Part shown: positions 18,426 through 28,891 of the stretch, one piece after another
Numbering within the stretch: the first letter of the stretch is position 1
How the letters are laid out: each line of letters opens with the position of its first letter
Assembly: GCA_038153405.1 (NCBI GenBank)
Contig: JAYOYH010000009.1
Coordinates: 1,996-65,995 of the forward strand
Length of the DNA stretch: 64,000 bases
Source: Gemmatimonadota bacterium
GTDB lineage: Bacteria > Latescibacterota > UBA2968 > UBA8231
Direction: 5' to 3'
Notes under the pieces: generated by a model
Database searches by the model: none
Told to the model about the DNA's origin: nothing
Seen by the model: only the letters and a program-made list of their open reading frames with translations
Position numbers and translations under genes: made by a program

Positions 18426-20911
18426 GCCGGCGATATGTGGAGGTCGCTTTGCCTCCCCCGCTGGCACGGCAGTTCACGTACGGCATTCCCGCTGAAGTTG
18501 ATGCGCCGCGTCCCGGCGCGCTGGTGCTGGTGCCCGTTGCGCAGCGCATGCTGACCGGCGTTGTCACGGGCGTTGATATGGTGCCTGACTCGGCACTCGA
18601 TCCCCAAAAAATACGCGACGTCGCCCAGGTGCTCGACGACTCGCTGCTCAGCGAAGAAGTAGTCGACCTGTGCCGTTGGTTGGCCGATTACTATTTGGCG
18701 CCTTTGGGTAGCGCACTAGTGGCCGCACTGCCACCTGGCGTGCGCTTGAGCAGCAAGCGCACCGCATCCCTAACGGATGCAGTGCGCGTCGACGAGGGGC
18801 GGGTGCAGTCGGCGCCCGGCTGGGAAGAACTGAGTGCTGAGGAGCGCGCCATCCTCGAAGAATTGGCCGGTGCTCCGGGTCTTAAGGTAACGACGCTGCA
18901 GCGCCGACTGGGTCGTCGCGGTTTGGAAAAAAGGCTATCCGCTCTGCGCCGTCGCGAGCTAATTGACATCGCGCTCCTATTAGAGGATCGGCGCACTCGC
19001 ACGCTGAGTGAAATACATCTGCAGATCGTCGATCAAGCGCGGGTAGAGGATGCGCTGCCCGCTTTAGAAAAGCGCGCGCGGCGACAGGCCGACTGCCTGC
19101 GGCACCTGCTGGTCTGCACATCGGCAGCGCGCTCCGAGTTGGTGCGCGCCGGTTTTAGCGCCACCGTGCTCAAGGGCTTGCTTGAGCGCGGTCTCGTCTG
19201 CAGCGTGGAGCGCGAACGAGTGCGCGATCCGCTGTCTCATATCGAAGCGGTGTCCGCAGAGGAAATGCGACTAACCGCCGATCAAGAAGCGGTGGTCGAT
19301 GCCCTGAACGCCGCGCTCGACGAGCGCGTGTTCCATCCCGCTCTGCTACACGGCGTCACGGGGTCTGGCAAGACGCTGGTATACGTGCATCTGGTGCGCA
19401 GTGCGCTGGCCCAGGGGCGCGGCGCAGTAGTCTTGGTGCCGGAGATTGCTCTGGCCTGGCAGATGGTGCGCCGCTTCAAGCAGCACTTCGGCGACGAGGT
19501 TGCCGTGCTGCACAGCCAGCTTTCTGCCGGTGAGCGCTACGATACGTGGAAGCGCCTGCGCCGCGGTCAGCAGCGCGTCGTCATTGGCGCCCGTTCGGCC
19601 GTTCTGGCGCCGCTGCCAAATTTGGGATTGCTGATCGTCGACGAAGAACACGACGCGTCTTACAAGCAGGAAGATGTGGAGAGCAGCTTTCCGCTGAGCT
19701 ATAACGCGCGCGATTTGGCGCTGATGCGCGGCCAGCGACAGCGCGCGCTCGTCGTGCTGGGGTCGGCCACGCCGAGCTTGGAATCGCATGCCAACGCAGC
19801 TCAGGGAAAGTATCGTCGCTATGTCTTGCCGCGCCGCATCGACGACCGGCCGCTGCCGACCGTGCACGTCGTCGATATGAAGCGCGAGCCGTTTCAGCGC
19901 AAGCAGCGCGCCATTTTTTCCAAGCTGCTGCGCCTGAAGATGCGCGAGCGTTTAGAGCGCGGCGAGCAGGTTGTGCTGCTGCAGAACAGGCGTGGTTTTG
20001 CCCCCTTTATTAGCTGCGGTGCGTGCGGCGAGTTTGTGGAGTGCGCCAGCTGTCGCGTATCGCTGACCTACCACCGCAGTAGGCAGGGAGCGCTGACCCG
20101 CTGTCACTACTGCGACTTTGCCGCACCGGTGCCCTCCCTTTGCCCATCGTGTGGGGCTGCCGAACTGCGCTTTGAAGGCGTGGGTACACAAAAGGTCGAA
20201 GAGGCGTTGCTGGAACAATTTGCCGGCGTCCGCGTCATTCGCATGGACGTCGACACGACGGGGTGGAAGGGCGCACACGATGAGCTGGTCGAGCGCTTTC
20301 GCCGCCGCGAAGCCGACGTCTTACTCGGTACGCAGATGGTGGCCAAGGGACTGGATTTTCCCGAAGTTACCTTAGTCGGCGTTATCTCTGCCGACACGGG
20401 TATGCACATGCCGGACTTTCGCGCTGCCGAGCGGAGCTTCCAGCTCTTGACCCAGGTAGCTGGGCGTTCGGGGCGCGGAGCACAGCCGGGTGAAGTGGTC
20501 GTGCAGACGCGCTTGCCGGACGATCCCGTCTTGCTGGCGGCAGCGGCCCAGGACTATGAGGCGTTTGCCGAGCGCGAATTGGGTGAACGCCGCGAAGCAG
20601 GCTTTCCCCCGTTTGGACGACTGCTCGTACTGCGCTGGCGTGGCGACGATGAAGAGGGCGTCGAGCGCGCTGCGCGCGAGGGTAGCGCCGTGCTGCTGCC
20701 CTTGTTGGATTCAGCTACGGTGCTGCTGGGACCAGCGCCGGCACCGCTCCCTCGACTGCGCGGAGCCTACCGCTGGCAGGCTTTACTGCGCGGAGATACG
20801 GCGCAGCGCTTGCGCGGCGCCGCGCGCGGTGCTTGGGAGCAGATGAACCAGATAGCACAGCGGCACGGGGCCGTGCTTACGGTCAATGTAGATCCTTTGA
20901 CGATGATGTAG
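18422..20911 (+). CDS. priA: Primosomal protein N'
   Basis: LLHGVTGSGKT, VLVPEIAL, DEEHD.SYKQ, SATPSLES, paired CxxC zinc motifs, GTQMVAKGLDFP, QVAGRSGR. Confidence 0.97.
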   Translation: MSRRYVEVALPPPLARQFTYGIPAEVDAPRPGALVLVPVAQRMLTGVVTGVDMVPDSALDPQKIRDVAQVLDDSLLSEEVVDLCRWLADYYLAPLGSALVAALPPGVRLSSKRTASLTDAVRVDEGRVQSAPGWEELSAEERAILEELAGAPGLKVTTLQRRLGRRGLEKRLSALRRRELIDIALLLEDRRTRTLSEIHLQIVDQARVEDALPALEKRARRQADCLRHLLVCTSAARSELVRAGFSATVLKGLLERGLVCSVERERVRDPLSHIEAVSAEEMRLTADQEAVVDALNAALDERVFHPALLHGVTGSGKTLVYVHLVRSALAQGRGAVVLVPEIALAWQMVRRFKQHFGDEVAVLHSQLSAGERYDTWKRLRRGQQRVVIGARSAVLAPLPNLGLLIVDEEHDASYKQEDVESSFPLSYNARDLALMRGQRQRALVVLGSATPSLESHANAAQGKYRRYVLPRRIDDRPLPTVHVVDMKREPFQRKQRAIFSKLLRLKMRERLERGEQVVLLQNRRGFAPFISCGACGEFVECASCRVSLTYHRSRQGALTRCHYCDFAAPVPSLCPSCGAAELRFEGVGTQKVEEALLEQFAGVRVIRMDVDTTGWKGAHDELVERFRRREADVLLGTQMVAKGLDFPEVTLVGVISADTGMHMPDFRAAERSFQLLTQVAGRSGRGAQPGEVVVQTRLPDDPVLLAAAAQDYEAFAERELGERREAGFPPFGRLLVLRWRGDDEEGVERAAREGSAVLLPLLDSATVLLGPAPAPLPRLRGAYRWQALLRGDTAQRLRGAARGAWEQMNQIAQRHGAVLTVNVDPLTMM

Positions 20912-20917
20912 GTGACA

Positions 20918-23128
20918 ATGCAGGTACGCTATTTTTTCTTGCTGCTCCTCGCTGCTGCCAGCGCCTGGGCGCAGTCCAGCGGTTCGGAATGGGCGGCCTT
21001 TACTAGCATGCGCAACGTGGGCCGCTTGTGGGCCGATTCGTCTTATGTTTGGGCGCTGACGTCGGGAGGCGTGCTGCGGTTCGATAGGGCAACGCGCACC
21101 TATGACCGCTTTACGCGATTGGATGGGTTGCCCGGCAATAATGTTTCGAGCCTGACTGTTGACGGACGAGGCGATCTGTGGTTTGGCACGCGCTTTCAGG
21201 GCTTGAGTCGACTGCGCGTTTCCGATGGGGTGTTTGAAGCGCCCTATACGGATTTTTCCGAGCTGACGATCAATGCGCTCCAAGCGTATGAAGACCGCAT
21301 TTTCGTCGGCACGGAGCGCGGTATCAGCGCTTTTCTCATAGACAAAGGCGAGGTGAAGGAGACGTATCGACAGTTGATACGCTTTTCCAAAGACACGCCG
21401 GTCAATGCCATTGCTGTGCACGATGGCCATCTGTGGGCGGGCACGGATTTGGGCATAGCGTGGGCTGATTTGCAGCAGCCTAATCTGCAGGACCCAGCCA
21501 GTTGGGAGAGCACCACGGCCATGGGGCGCACGGTAGAATTTCTAGTCTATAGCGATACGCTATTCTGCGTGACGGCCAATGGGGTATGGACCGCAATGGG
21601 TGGCGAACGCCCTTGGAAAGACCTGTTTAACCCACCCGACTTTATCGGGCTGGGTCTATTTCAAGGTCGATTGGTTGGCGCGACGCAAAGCGGAGAATTT
21701 TACGAGCGGGCGAGTCGTTTTGAGTGGAATCGGATCCGTTCGCCCGATATAAGCGGGATCACTGATCTTTCGGATAGCGATGGGCCGCTGTGGATCGCTA
21801 CGCAGACCGGACTGCGCGTCATGGGCGATGAACGCATGCCGCCAACGCGTGATCCGGCGTATAACGCATTTTACGACCTGGCTCTGAGCGACGAAGGACA
21901 TCTTTGGGCCGCCTCCGTGCCCAAGGACGGCTTTCCGGCTTTTGGCGCGTACCAATACGACGGCGAAGCGTGGACGGTGCACAATCTAAAAAGCGGCCTA
22001 TCTTCTGAGAATACGACGGCGATAGATACCGACGCGGATGGCCTGCTGTGGGTGGGCAATTGGGGGCGCGGCGTCGACGTGCTGGATGCTACCGGACAGT
22101 GGCGTCGTCTCAATAGCGGCAATTCGGCCATCGAGGGCATTGGCGGTGGCAGCTTTGCGCCGATCAGCGATATCGAGCGCGATGCCGAGGGCAATATGTG
22201 GATTGCCGATGTGCAAAGTGGGCTGGTCGTCATGGATGGCTATCCCCCCAAGCGCCAGTTGCTCAATCGACAAGAAAATTTTGGCCTGTCGTCCGGCCGC
22301 GATATCGGCAAGATCTCCATTGCCGAAAACGGGCTGATATGGATCTCTACCGCGCGCGACGGTTTTGTTCTATTCGACGACGGCGGCACGCCTTTCACAA
22401 GCGGCGACGAGTCGGGCATCGTCTTTAATTCGCTGGCCTATGGCGAGCTGAGCAGCGATCGCACGAGCGCTATACTCGCCGATCCGTCCGGGCGCGTTTG
22501 GGTTGGAACGGACAATGGCCTCAATGCCGTTAGGGGAACCTACGATAGCGCTGCGCACTCGTTCGACATTGAGTCGTGGCGAGTGTATAACAACGCAAAT
22601 AGCGCGCTGTCCTCAAACGTCATCACGGCTTTGGAAGCGGGGACAAACGGCGTTATTTGGGTAGGAATGGAAGAAGGTATCGCGCAAATAGATGCGAGTG
22701 GCGAAGTGGCCTTTGTACTCAATACGTCCAACAGCGGCCTGATTTCTAATCGCGTTAACTCGCTGCTCTTCGACGAGGAACGGGAACTGTTGTGGATTGG
22801 AACACTCGATGGCTTGAGCCAATTGCAGGTACAACTGACCGATCGTAACGCCGGAGATACGACGCAGATTTACCCCAACCCACTGGTGCTGAGTGGTCGC
22901 GGTGGCGAGCTCACGCTGTCTGGATTACCGCTGGGTGCAGCGGTGAGTATATACACTGCTAGCGGCCAATTGGTCCGCCGCATTGAGGGCGTTCCCGGCG
23001 TCGGCAGCGCGACTTGGGACGGCCTCAATACGTCAAATTTCTTAGTTGGTTCAGGGGTCTATTACTTCGTAGCTAGCGATGGTAGCGCCCATGTACTAGG
23101 CAAGTTCGCCGTGGTCAACGACCGTTGA
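20918..23128 (+). CDS. Secreted beta-propeller protein (PorZ/Reg_prop-like) with T9SS/FlgD-like C-terminal domain
   Basis: Signal peptide and repeated 'G.LW(I/V)GT..G' blades. C-terminus YPNP...IYTASGQLVR...WDG...GSGVYY...GKFAVV. Confidence 0.8.
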   Translation: MQVRYFFLLLLAAASAWAQSSGSEWAAFTSMRNVGRLWADSSYVWALTSGGVLRFDRATRTYDRFTRLDGLPGNNVSSLTVDGRGDLWFGTRFQGLSRLRVSDGVFEAPYTDFSELTINALQAYEDRIFVGTERGISAFLIDKGEVKETYRQLIRFSKDTPVNAIAVHDGHLWAGTDLGIAWADLQQPNLQDPASWESTTAMGRTVEFLVYSDTLFCVTANGVWTAMGGERPWKDLFNPPDFIGLGLFQGRLVGATQSGEFYERASRFEWNRIRSPDISGITDLSDSDGPLWIATQTGLRVMGDERMPPTRDPAYNAFYDLALSDEGHLWAASVPKDGFPAFGAYQYDGEAWTVHNLKSGLSSENTTAIDTDADGLLWVGNWGRGVDVLDATGQWRRLNSGNSAIEGIGGGSFAPISDIERDAEGNMWIADVQSGLVVMDGYPPKRQLLNRQENFGLSSGRDIGKISIAENGLIWISTARDGFVLFDDGGTPFTSGDESGIVFNSLAYGELSSDRTSAILADPSGRVWVGTDNGLNAVRGTYDSAAHSFDIESWRVYNNANSALSSNVITALEAGTNGVIWVGMEEGIAQIDASGEVAFVLNTSNSGLISNRVNSLLFDEERELLWIGTLDGLSQLQVQLTDRNAGDTTQIYPNPLVLSGRGGELTLSGLPLGAAVSIYTASGQLVRRIEGVPGVGSATWDGLNTSNFLVGSGVYYFVASDGSAHVLGKFAVVNDR

Positions 23129-23808
23129 ATTACGTGGGCCGTCTCGCTCTCATCCTATTTGCGAATGGGTGGGCGGCGCTTTGGGGCACAGCCGCGGCGC
23201 AGGAAGGCCAGAGCGGTTTGTTTACCATAGCGCGGCTGCAATACGGCGGCGGCGGCGACTGGTATAGCGACCCTTCATCGCTACCCAATCTACTCAGGTT
23301 TTTGCGCGACCATACGCGCGTGGCTGCCGCCGCAGAAGAGGCGCGCGTACAGCTGTTAGACGGTGACCTCTTTGCCTACCCATATCTATATATGACGGGC
23401 CACGGCAACGTCTCGTTTAGCGACGAGGAAGTGCAGCGCCTGCGCCGCTATCTGGAGAGCGGTGGCTTCTTACACGCCGATGATAACTACGGCATGGATG
23501 AGAGCTTTCGCCGCGAGATGAAGCGCGTTTTCCCCCTCGGCGAATGGATTGAATTAACGCCGAGTCACGGCGTATTCCACAGCCACTTCGACTTTGATGA
23601 CGGCTTGCCTAAAATTCACCAGCACGACGACAAGCGACCGCAGTTACTGGGCCTATTCATCGACGAGCGCCTAGTTGTTGCATACTCGTTTGAATCCGAC
23701 TTGGGCGACGGTTGGGAGGATCCGCAGGTGCACGACGTGCCGTCCGACAAAAGGCTAGCGGCGCTGCGCATGGGAGCCAATATCGTCGTGTGGGCGATGG
23801 GGCGCTGA
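23125..23808 (+). CDS. DUF4159-family protein
   Basis: IARLQYGGGGDWY, YPYLYMTGHG, GGFLHADDNYG, ESDLGDGWED, ALRMGANI. Confidence 0.85.
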   Translation: MNYVGRLALILFANGWAALWGTAAAQEGQSGLFTIARLQYGGGGDWYSDPSSLPNLLRFLRDHTRVAAAAEEARVQLLDGDLFAYPYLYMTGHGNVSFSDEEVQRLRRYLESGGFLHADDNYGMDESFRREMKRVFPLGEWIELTPSHGVFHSHFDFDDGLPKIHQHDDKRPQLLGLFIDERLVVAYSFESDLGDGWEDPQVHDVPSDKRLAALRMGANIVVWAMGR

Positions 23809-26800
23809 TGCAGTCTGCTAGCACAGAGGCCTTCGAGGCGCTGCTGGCGCGTCTGGCCATCCTTCGCAGGCGGGCACTCTTGGTCGAGGTCGCGACCGGC
23901 CTGCTACTGGCCGTTGGCACATTGCTGTTGGCTGCACTGGTCTGGGTCGCGTTAGAGGCATTGCTCTTTTTTTCGCCGTCTGTGCGCACGGCGCTGGGGG
24001 CGCTGGCTTGGCTGACGGCGTTTGCCGTTCTCGTTCTTATCTGGCGCAAGACGCTACCCGCTTTGCTGGACCGGCGCCGCTTTGCCCTGCGCGTTGAGAA
24101 GCGCTATCCGCACCTTTCCCAGCGCGTGATTAGCGCCCTTGAGCTATGGCGTGCGCAGCGAGCCCAGCACCTCTACTCGCCCGACTTGCTGGAGGCGAAG
24201 GTGTCGCGAGCTGCAGACGATATAGCGCAGTTCGATCCAGCGCATATTGGCGACGGCATTCGACTGAAAAAAGCCTCTGTTTTTTTTGCGTGTGCTCTGA
24301 TTGCCGCGCTGGCCAGTGGGCTGCTGTGGCCACAGCAGCTGCGCGATGCGCTCTATCGCTGCACCCATCCTTTGACGGCATTCGAACGGCCGCCGCGCAC
24401 CGATATTCGCATCGCCGTCGCTAGGGCAGAAGTCGTGCGCGGAGAAGATGTGCATCTGACGGTTTTTTTCGCCGGTGAGATGCCTACAAGTGCGCGCGTA
24501 CTGCGGCGCGGTTCGCCGCAGGCAGCATGGCAAGGAGAAGAGGTAGTCGTCGCCGGTGCCGATTCGCTGCGCTATGCATTTCCCCAGGTGCAGCGCTCGT
24601 TTCAAATACGAGTAGAGGCGGGCGATGGCGCATCGCTGCCAGTAGAAGTACGCGTTGTCGACCCACCGGCCGTAGAGCGCTTGCGCTTGCACTTGCGCTA
24701 TCCTGCCTACAGCCAGCTGCCCGACCGAGTAGAAGAGGACGGGGGGGATATACAGGCGCTGGTGGGAACGCGAATCGCCTTTGAGATTGCGGCGAGTAAA
24801 GCGCTATCCGAGGCCGCGCTGGTCGTGGGAGACAGCCTGCGCTTACCGGCGCGCGTGGAGGGCGAGAAAGCATTTGTCGAGCTCTCACTTGATTATAGCG
24901 ATTTCTATCGAGTCGAGCTGCGCGACGTCCAGGGCATAGCCAATCGCGATCCAATTGACTACGCGCTGCGCGCCGTAGTCGACCAGCCGCCGACTGTTGC
25001 CATTGCGGATCCAGGTCGCGACGTGGACTTGCCCGATAATAGGCAGGTGCAGATAGCCGTCGAGGCCAGCGATGATTTCGGCATTGCCAAGCTAGACTTG
25101 GTCTATCAGATCAACGATGGGCCCGAGCGCCGCTTGCGGCTGAATGCAGCTGTTGGTCGTCAGGTGCGCGTGCGCCACCTTTGGGATGTGTCGAATCTGC
25201 AGCTGTTGCCCGAGGACCGCATATACTATGCCGTCGAAGCGTTTGATAACGACGAAGTATCCGGTTCCAAGTCGGCGCGCAGCGAGCGCTACGCACTGCG
25301 CTTGGCATCCCTTCGCGAGCTGTATGAGGAAAGTTCCGACGTGCTCAAAGAGCGTCTGAACGCCATGGAAGAGCTGGTCGAGGAAGGTCGCGACGCGCGC
25401 GAATATCTCGAGCAGGTGCGCCGCGAAGTGCTGCGCAAAGAAGAGCTGAGCTGGGAGTCGCAGCGCGAGTTGGAGGCGACATTAGCGCGCGAGAGCGAGC
25501 GCTCGCGCCAGCTGGAAGAGGTAGCCGCCGAGTTGGAAGAGGGCAGTAAGGCGCTCGAGGACAAAGGACTCGGCAATAGAGATATCCTCGACAAGTTGGA
25601 AGAGATACGCCAGCTAATGGCCGAGGTGGCAGCTCCTGAACTTCAAGATGCGCTGCGCCAGCTGCAGCAGGCTGCCGAAGATCCGGATCCGCAGGCGCTG
25701 GCCGATGCGCTAAAGCGCTTTAGCGAAGATCAGGATGCCTTCCAACAGCGTCTCGATCGCACGATCGACCTGTTGAAACAAGTACGTGCCGAACAGCAGT
25801 TTGAAGCGGTTGTGCGCCAAGCGCAGGAACTGGCCGAACGTCAGCAGAAGATCAACGAGGAGCTGAGTCAGGGCGATGCGGGCATGCGCCAGCAAATGCA
25901 GCAGGGAGCGCTGCGCCGCGACAGCGAGAGCCTGCAGCAGGCGCTTGAAGAACTGGCCGAGTCCCTGCAGAACCTCGGTGCACCCATGGCGCAGGAAGTG
26001 GGCGAGGCGGCCAGTGAAATGGACGCGAAAAACCTGAGTGGCCGCATGCGCGAGATGGTTCAGCAGATGCGCGCCAAGAACAACCCACAGGCCGAGCGCT
26101 TGGGAGAAGGGCTCGAGGAAGACTTGGGAAAACTGTCGGCCAACTTGCAGAATGCAAAGGGCCAGTTCGCCGCTGAGCAAAAGGAAGAGATGAGCGGCGA
26201 ACTGCGAGGCGCTATGCGCGAGCTGATTCAGCTTTCGCAACGTCAGGAAGCGCTAAACGCCGTCGTTATCGCGCAGTCGCAGATCGACAGTGCGACTCCG
26301 GCCGAGGACCAATTTGCCCTTCTGCAGGGCATGGGGCAAGTAGCCGAGCGCTTGGCGCTGCTAGCGCGGCGCACGATGAGCCTGGCGCGCGGCCTCAACG
26401 TCACCCTGGGTTATGCGCTAAACAATATGGGCGAAGCCGCGCGCCACTTGGGACAGCGCGATGGGCGCAGCGCCCGCGAACCGCAGCAACAGGCCATGCG
26501 CTATGCGAACGAGACTGTGCTGCTGCTGCGCGAGAGTTTAGACAATTTGTCAAATGCTAGCATGCCGTCCAGCTTTGCCGAAGCCATGCAAAAGATGATG
26601 GGCATTTCCGAACAGCAGGCCCAGCTCAACCAGGCCGGTCAACAGGCGTTAGACCGCGCTCAGGCGCAGGGACAGGGCCGAGCCATGCCCGGTTTGGACG
26701 GCGAAATTCGCCGACTGTCAGCTGAGCAGGGGCGGATCTACCAAGCGCTAGAAGAACTGCATCGCTCCGCGCGCGGCCATGAAGGGGCACAGGGTCAGAT

Positions 26801-27149
26801 TGAGGCCATGCAAGAAGAGATGCGCGAAGTGATTAACGAGCTGCAGCAGCGGCGCCTAAACGAGCGCACGCTGCAGAAGCAGGAGCGCATTTTTCAGCGC
26901 ATGTTAGAAGCCAGCCGATCGATTCACTCGCGCGGTTTTAAAGAAGATCGCGAGGCGACGGGCGGGCGGGACCAGCCCTATAGTGGACCACCGGGAATGC
27001 CGGACGACAGAGGGCAAGTGCCCGACGCGCTGCGCGAGGCGATGCGGCGAGCGTTGGAAGGCCCGTATCCGAACGAGTACCGCATACTGCTGCAGCGCTA
27101 TTACGAGCAGGTATACGACGACGCCATGCGAGCGGAGGGGGCTCCGTGA
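23808..27149 (+). CDS. Large DUF4175-like membrane-anchored coiled-coil protein
   Basis: N-terminal TMs, Ig-like region (YPAYS, D.PPTV.I..PG.D, A.DDFGI), long Q/E coiled coil, C-terminal YP.EY..L...YY. Confidence 0.75.
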   Translation: MQSASTEAFEALLARLAILRRRALLVEVATGLLLAVGTLLLAALVWVALEALLFFSPSVRTALGALAWLTAFAVLVLIWRKTLPALLDRRRFALRVEKRYPHLSQRVISALELWRAQRAQHLYSPDLLEAKVSRAADDIAQFDPAHIGDGIRLKKASVFFACALIAALASGLLWPQQLRDALYRCTHPLTAFERPPRTDIRIAVARAEVVRGEDVHLTVFFAGEMPTSARVLRRGSPQAAWQGEEVVVAGADSLRYAFPQVQRSFQIRVEAGDGASLPVEVRVVDPPAVERLRLHLRYPAYSQLPDRVEEDGGDIQALVGTRIAFEIAASKALSEAALVVGDSLRLPARVEGEKAFVELSLDYSDFYRVELRDVQGIANRDPIDYALRAVVDQPPTVAIADPGRDVDLPDNRQVQIAVEASDDFGIAKLDLVYQINDGPERRLRLNAAVGRQVRVRHLWDVSNLQLLPEDRIYYAVEAFDNDEVSGSKSARSERYALRLASLRELYEESSDVLKERLNAMEELVEEGRDAREYLEQVRREVLRKEELSWESQRELEATLARESERSRQLEEVAAELEEGSKALEDKGLGNRDILDKLEEIRQLMAEVAAPELQDALRQLQQAAEDPDPQALADALKRFSEDQDAFQQRLDRTIDLLKQVRAEQQFEAVVRQAQELAERQQKINEELSQGDAGMRQQMQQGALRRDSESLQQALEELAESLQNLGAPMAQEVGEAASEMDAKNLSGRMREMVQQMRAKNNPQAERLGEGLEEDLGKLSANLQNAKGQFAAEQKEEMSGELRGAMRELIQLSQRQEALNAVVIAQSQIDSATPAEDQFALLQGMGQVAERLALLARRTMSLARGLNVTLGYALNNMGEAARHLGQRDGRSAREPQQQAMRYANETVLLLRESLDNLSNASMPSSFAEAMQKMMGISEQQAQLNQAGQQALDRAQAQGQGRAMPGLDGEIRRLSAEQGRIYQALEELHRSARGHEGAQGQIEAMQEEMREVINELQQRRLNERTLQKQERIFQRMLEASRSIHSRGFKEDREATGGRDQPYSGPPGMPDDRGQVPDALREAMRRALEGPYPNEYRILLQRYYEQVYDDAMRAEGAP

Positions 27150-28891
27150 AATACATCGCTCTATTGTTATTATGTGCGAGTGCGCTTTCGGCGCTTGACG
27201 AGCGCGCGCTGCGGCTGCGCGTCCAGCAGGCAGAACGCCGCGGCGATTGGCCGCGCGCCGTCGCCGATTACGAGGCCCTCTTTGCGCTGCAGCCCAACGA
27301 CGCCGGCGTTGCGCACGGCTTGGCGCGCGCGCTGGGTGCGGCGGGAATGCACGCCCGTGCAATAGAGCATCTGCAGTCATGGTTGAAAAACCATGGCGAT
27401 GATGCGATGTCCTACTTGCTGTTGGGCGATGCCCAGCAGCAGGCAGGAGATGCTAGAGAGGCGGTGCAAACGTGGCGCCGGCTGCTTGCAATGCGCCCGC
27501 CCGTCGTCTCTTCATATCAGCAGGTTAGCGATCGCTGTCAGGCGGCCGGACAGACGGCCGAGGCGATCGAAGTGCTCATGGAGGGAAGGCAAGCGCTGAG
27601 CGATGAGACCCTGTTTAGCTGGGAGCTCGCATCGCTCAGCTTGCAGGCCGGGCACTACGAGCAGGCGCTCGAAAATTTTTTCCACAGCATTGCTCAATCG
27701 CCCAATCGACTGAACGTCGTAGAACACCAGCTAGGCCCGCTGTGCCAGCGAGACGGCGGCGCGCTGCTCGCGGCACTGCTCGAAGCACCGGCGAGCGATC
27801 CGCTGGCTAAGGCGCGCTTAGTATCGACATGTGCGCTTTTTGCCGGCCAGCCCGCTCGCGGTTTGGAGCGGATTACGACGTTGTCCGCGCACCCCGAAGT
27901 GGAGGACTTGCTGTTCCAGTATGCTTCCCAGTGCGAGGCGCGTGGCTTTGCAGAAGTGGCGGCCGACGCGTATGGCGAGTACGCGCGCCTGCGCCCAGAC
28001 GCTCCCTACGCATTTCGCGCCCTGCTCAAGCGCGCCCAAATCAGCGCACGCGGTGCGGACAAGTCGAGGGCATTAGCGCACTATGCCGAACTGGCTGCGC
28101 GCTTTCCCAATCGCCCCGAAGCCATGGAGGCTTTGGTTGGCATTGCGCGCCTGCAGCTCGAAGCGGGCCGTAGTGCAGAGGGCGTGGCCGCTGGCCTGTT
28201 GCCGGTTATTGAGGCGCCCGTGCGCGGGCCGTGGACGCTGGAGGCGTTAGATCTGATGGCAGAAAGTGCGCTGCGCATGGGCGATATGACGACGGCGTTA
28301 GACTATGCGCAAAAACTGGCTCAGCAGGGTCAGGTGGCGGCTTATAGGGCCGGTGTCCGCAGCGCAGAGTTGGCCTATTTTCGCGGTGAATGCGCGGCGG
28401 TAATCGATGGTTTACTCGCGCTAACGAGTGAAGGGGTAGACGATCCGCTGGCCAATGACGCGCTCGATTTGCTGCTCGTCTGCGAGGAATACAAGAGCGA
28501 GGTCTTGCTGCCCGATTTGGTGCAGGCGCAGCTGCTGGAGCGCCAAGGTCTGTTCGACAAAGCCGCTGTGCATTGGGATCGCGTCATTGCCAGTGCGACG
28601 CCGCGCCTGCGCGAGTGGGCACTGCTAAAGCGCGCCGAGGCAATTGGGACAAGAGACCCGGAGGGTGCACTGCGGTGCTACGAAGAGTTGACGAAAGCAT
28701 TTCCCGACGGGCGTCACATGGTCGAAGCGCAGTTGGCACGTGCCGATTTGCTACGGAACTCTGGCCGCCTCAATGAGGCGCTGCGCGTATGCGAAGCGGC
28801 GCTGCTGGCCGCTCCGGCCGATGCGTTGGCACCAGCGCTTCGCCTTCGCATACGTCGTTTGCGCAGTGAATTAACCAACGAGAATAGCTAA
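27146..28891 (+). CDS. Secreted tetratricopeptide-repeat protein
   Basis: Signal peptide and multiple TPR-like helices (A...Y..L...FP.). Confidence 0.75.
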   Translation: MKYIALLLLCASALSALDERALRLRVQQAERRGDWPRAVADYEALFALQPNDAGVAHGLARALGAAGMHARAIEHLQSWLKNHGDDAMSYLLLGDAQQQAGDAREAVQTWRRLLAMRPPVVSSYQQVSDRCQAAGQTAEAIEVLMEGRQALSDETLFSWELASLSLQAGHYEQALENFFHSIAQSPNRLNVVEHQLGPLCQRDGGALLAALLEAPASDPLAKARLVSTCALFAGQPARGLERITTLSAHPEVEDLLFQYASQCEARGFAEVAADAYGEYARLRPDAPYAFRALLKRAQISARGADKSRALAHYAELAARFPNRPEAMEALVGIARLQLEAGRSAEGVAAGLLPVIEAPVRGPWTLEALDLMAESALRMGDMTTALDYAQKLAQQGQVAAYRAGVRSAELAYFRGECAAVIDGLLALTSEGVDDPLANDALDLLLVCEEYKSEVLLPDLVQAQLLERQGLFDKAAVHWDRVIASATPRLREWALLKRAEAIGTRDPEGALRCYEELTKAFPDGRHMVEAQLARADLLRNSGRLNEALRVCEAALLAAPADALAPALRLRIRRLRSELTNENS

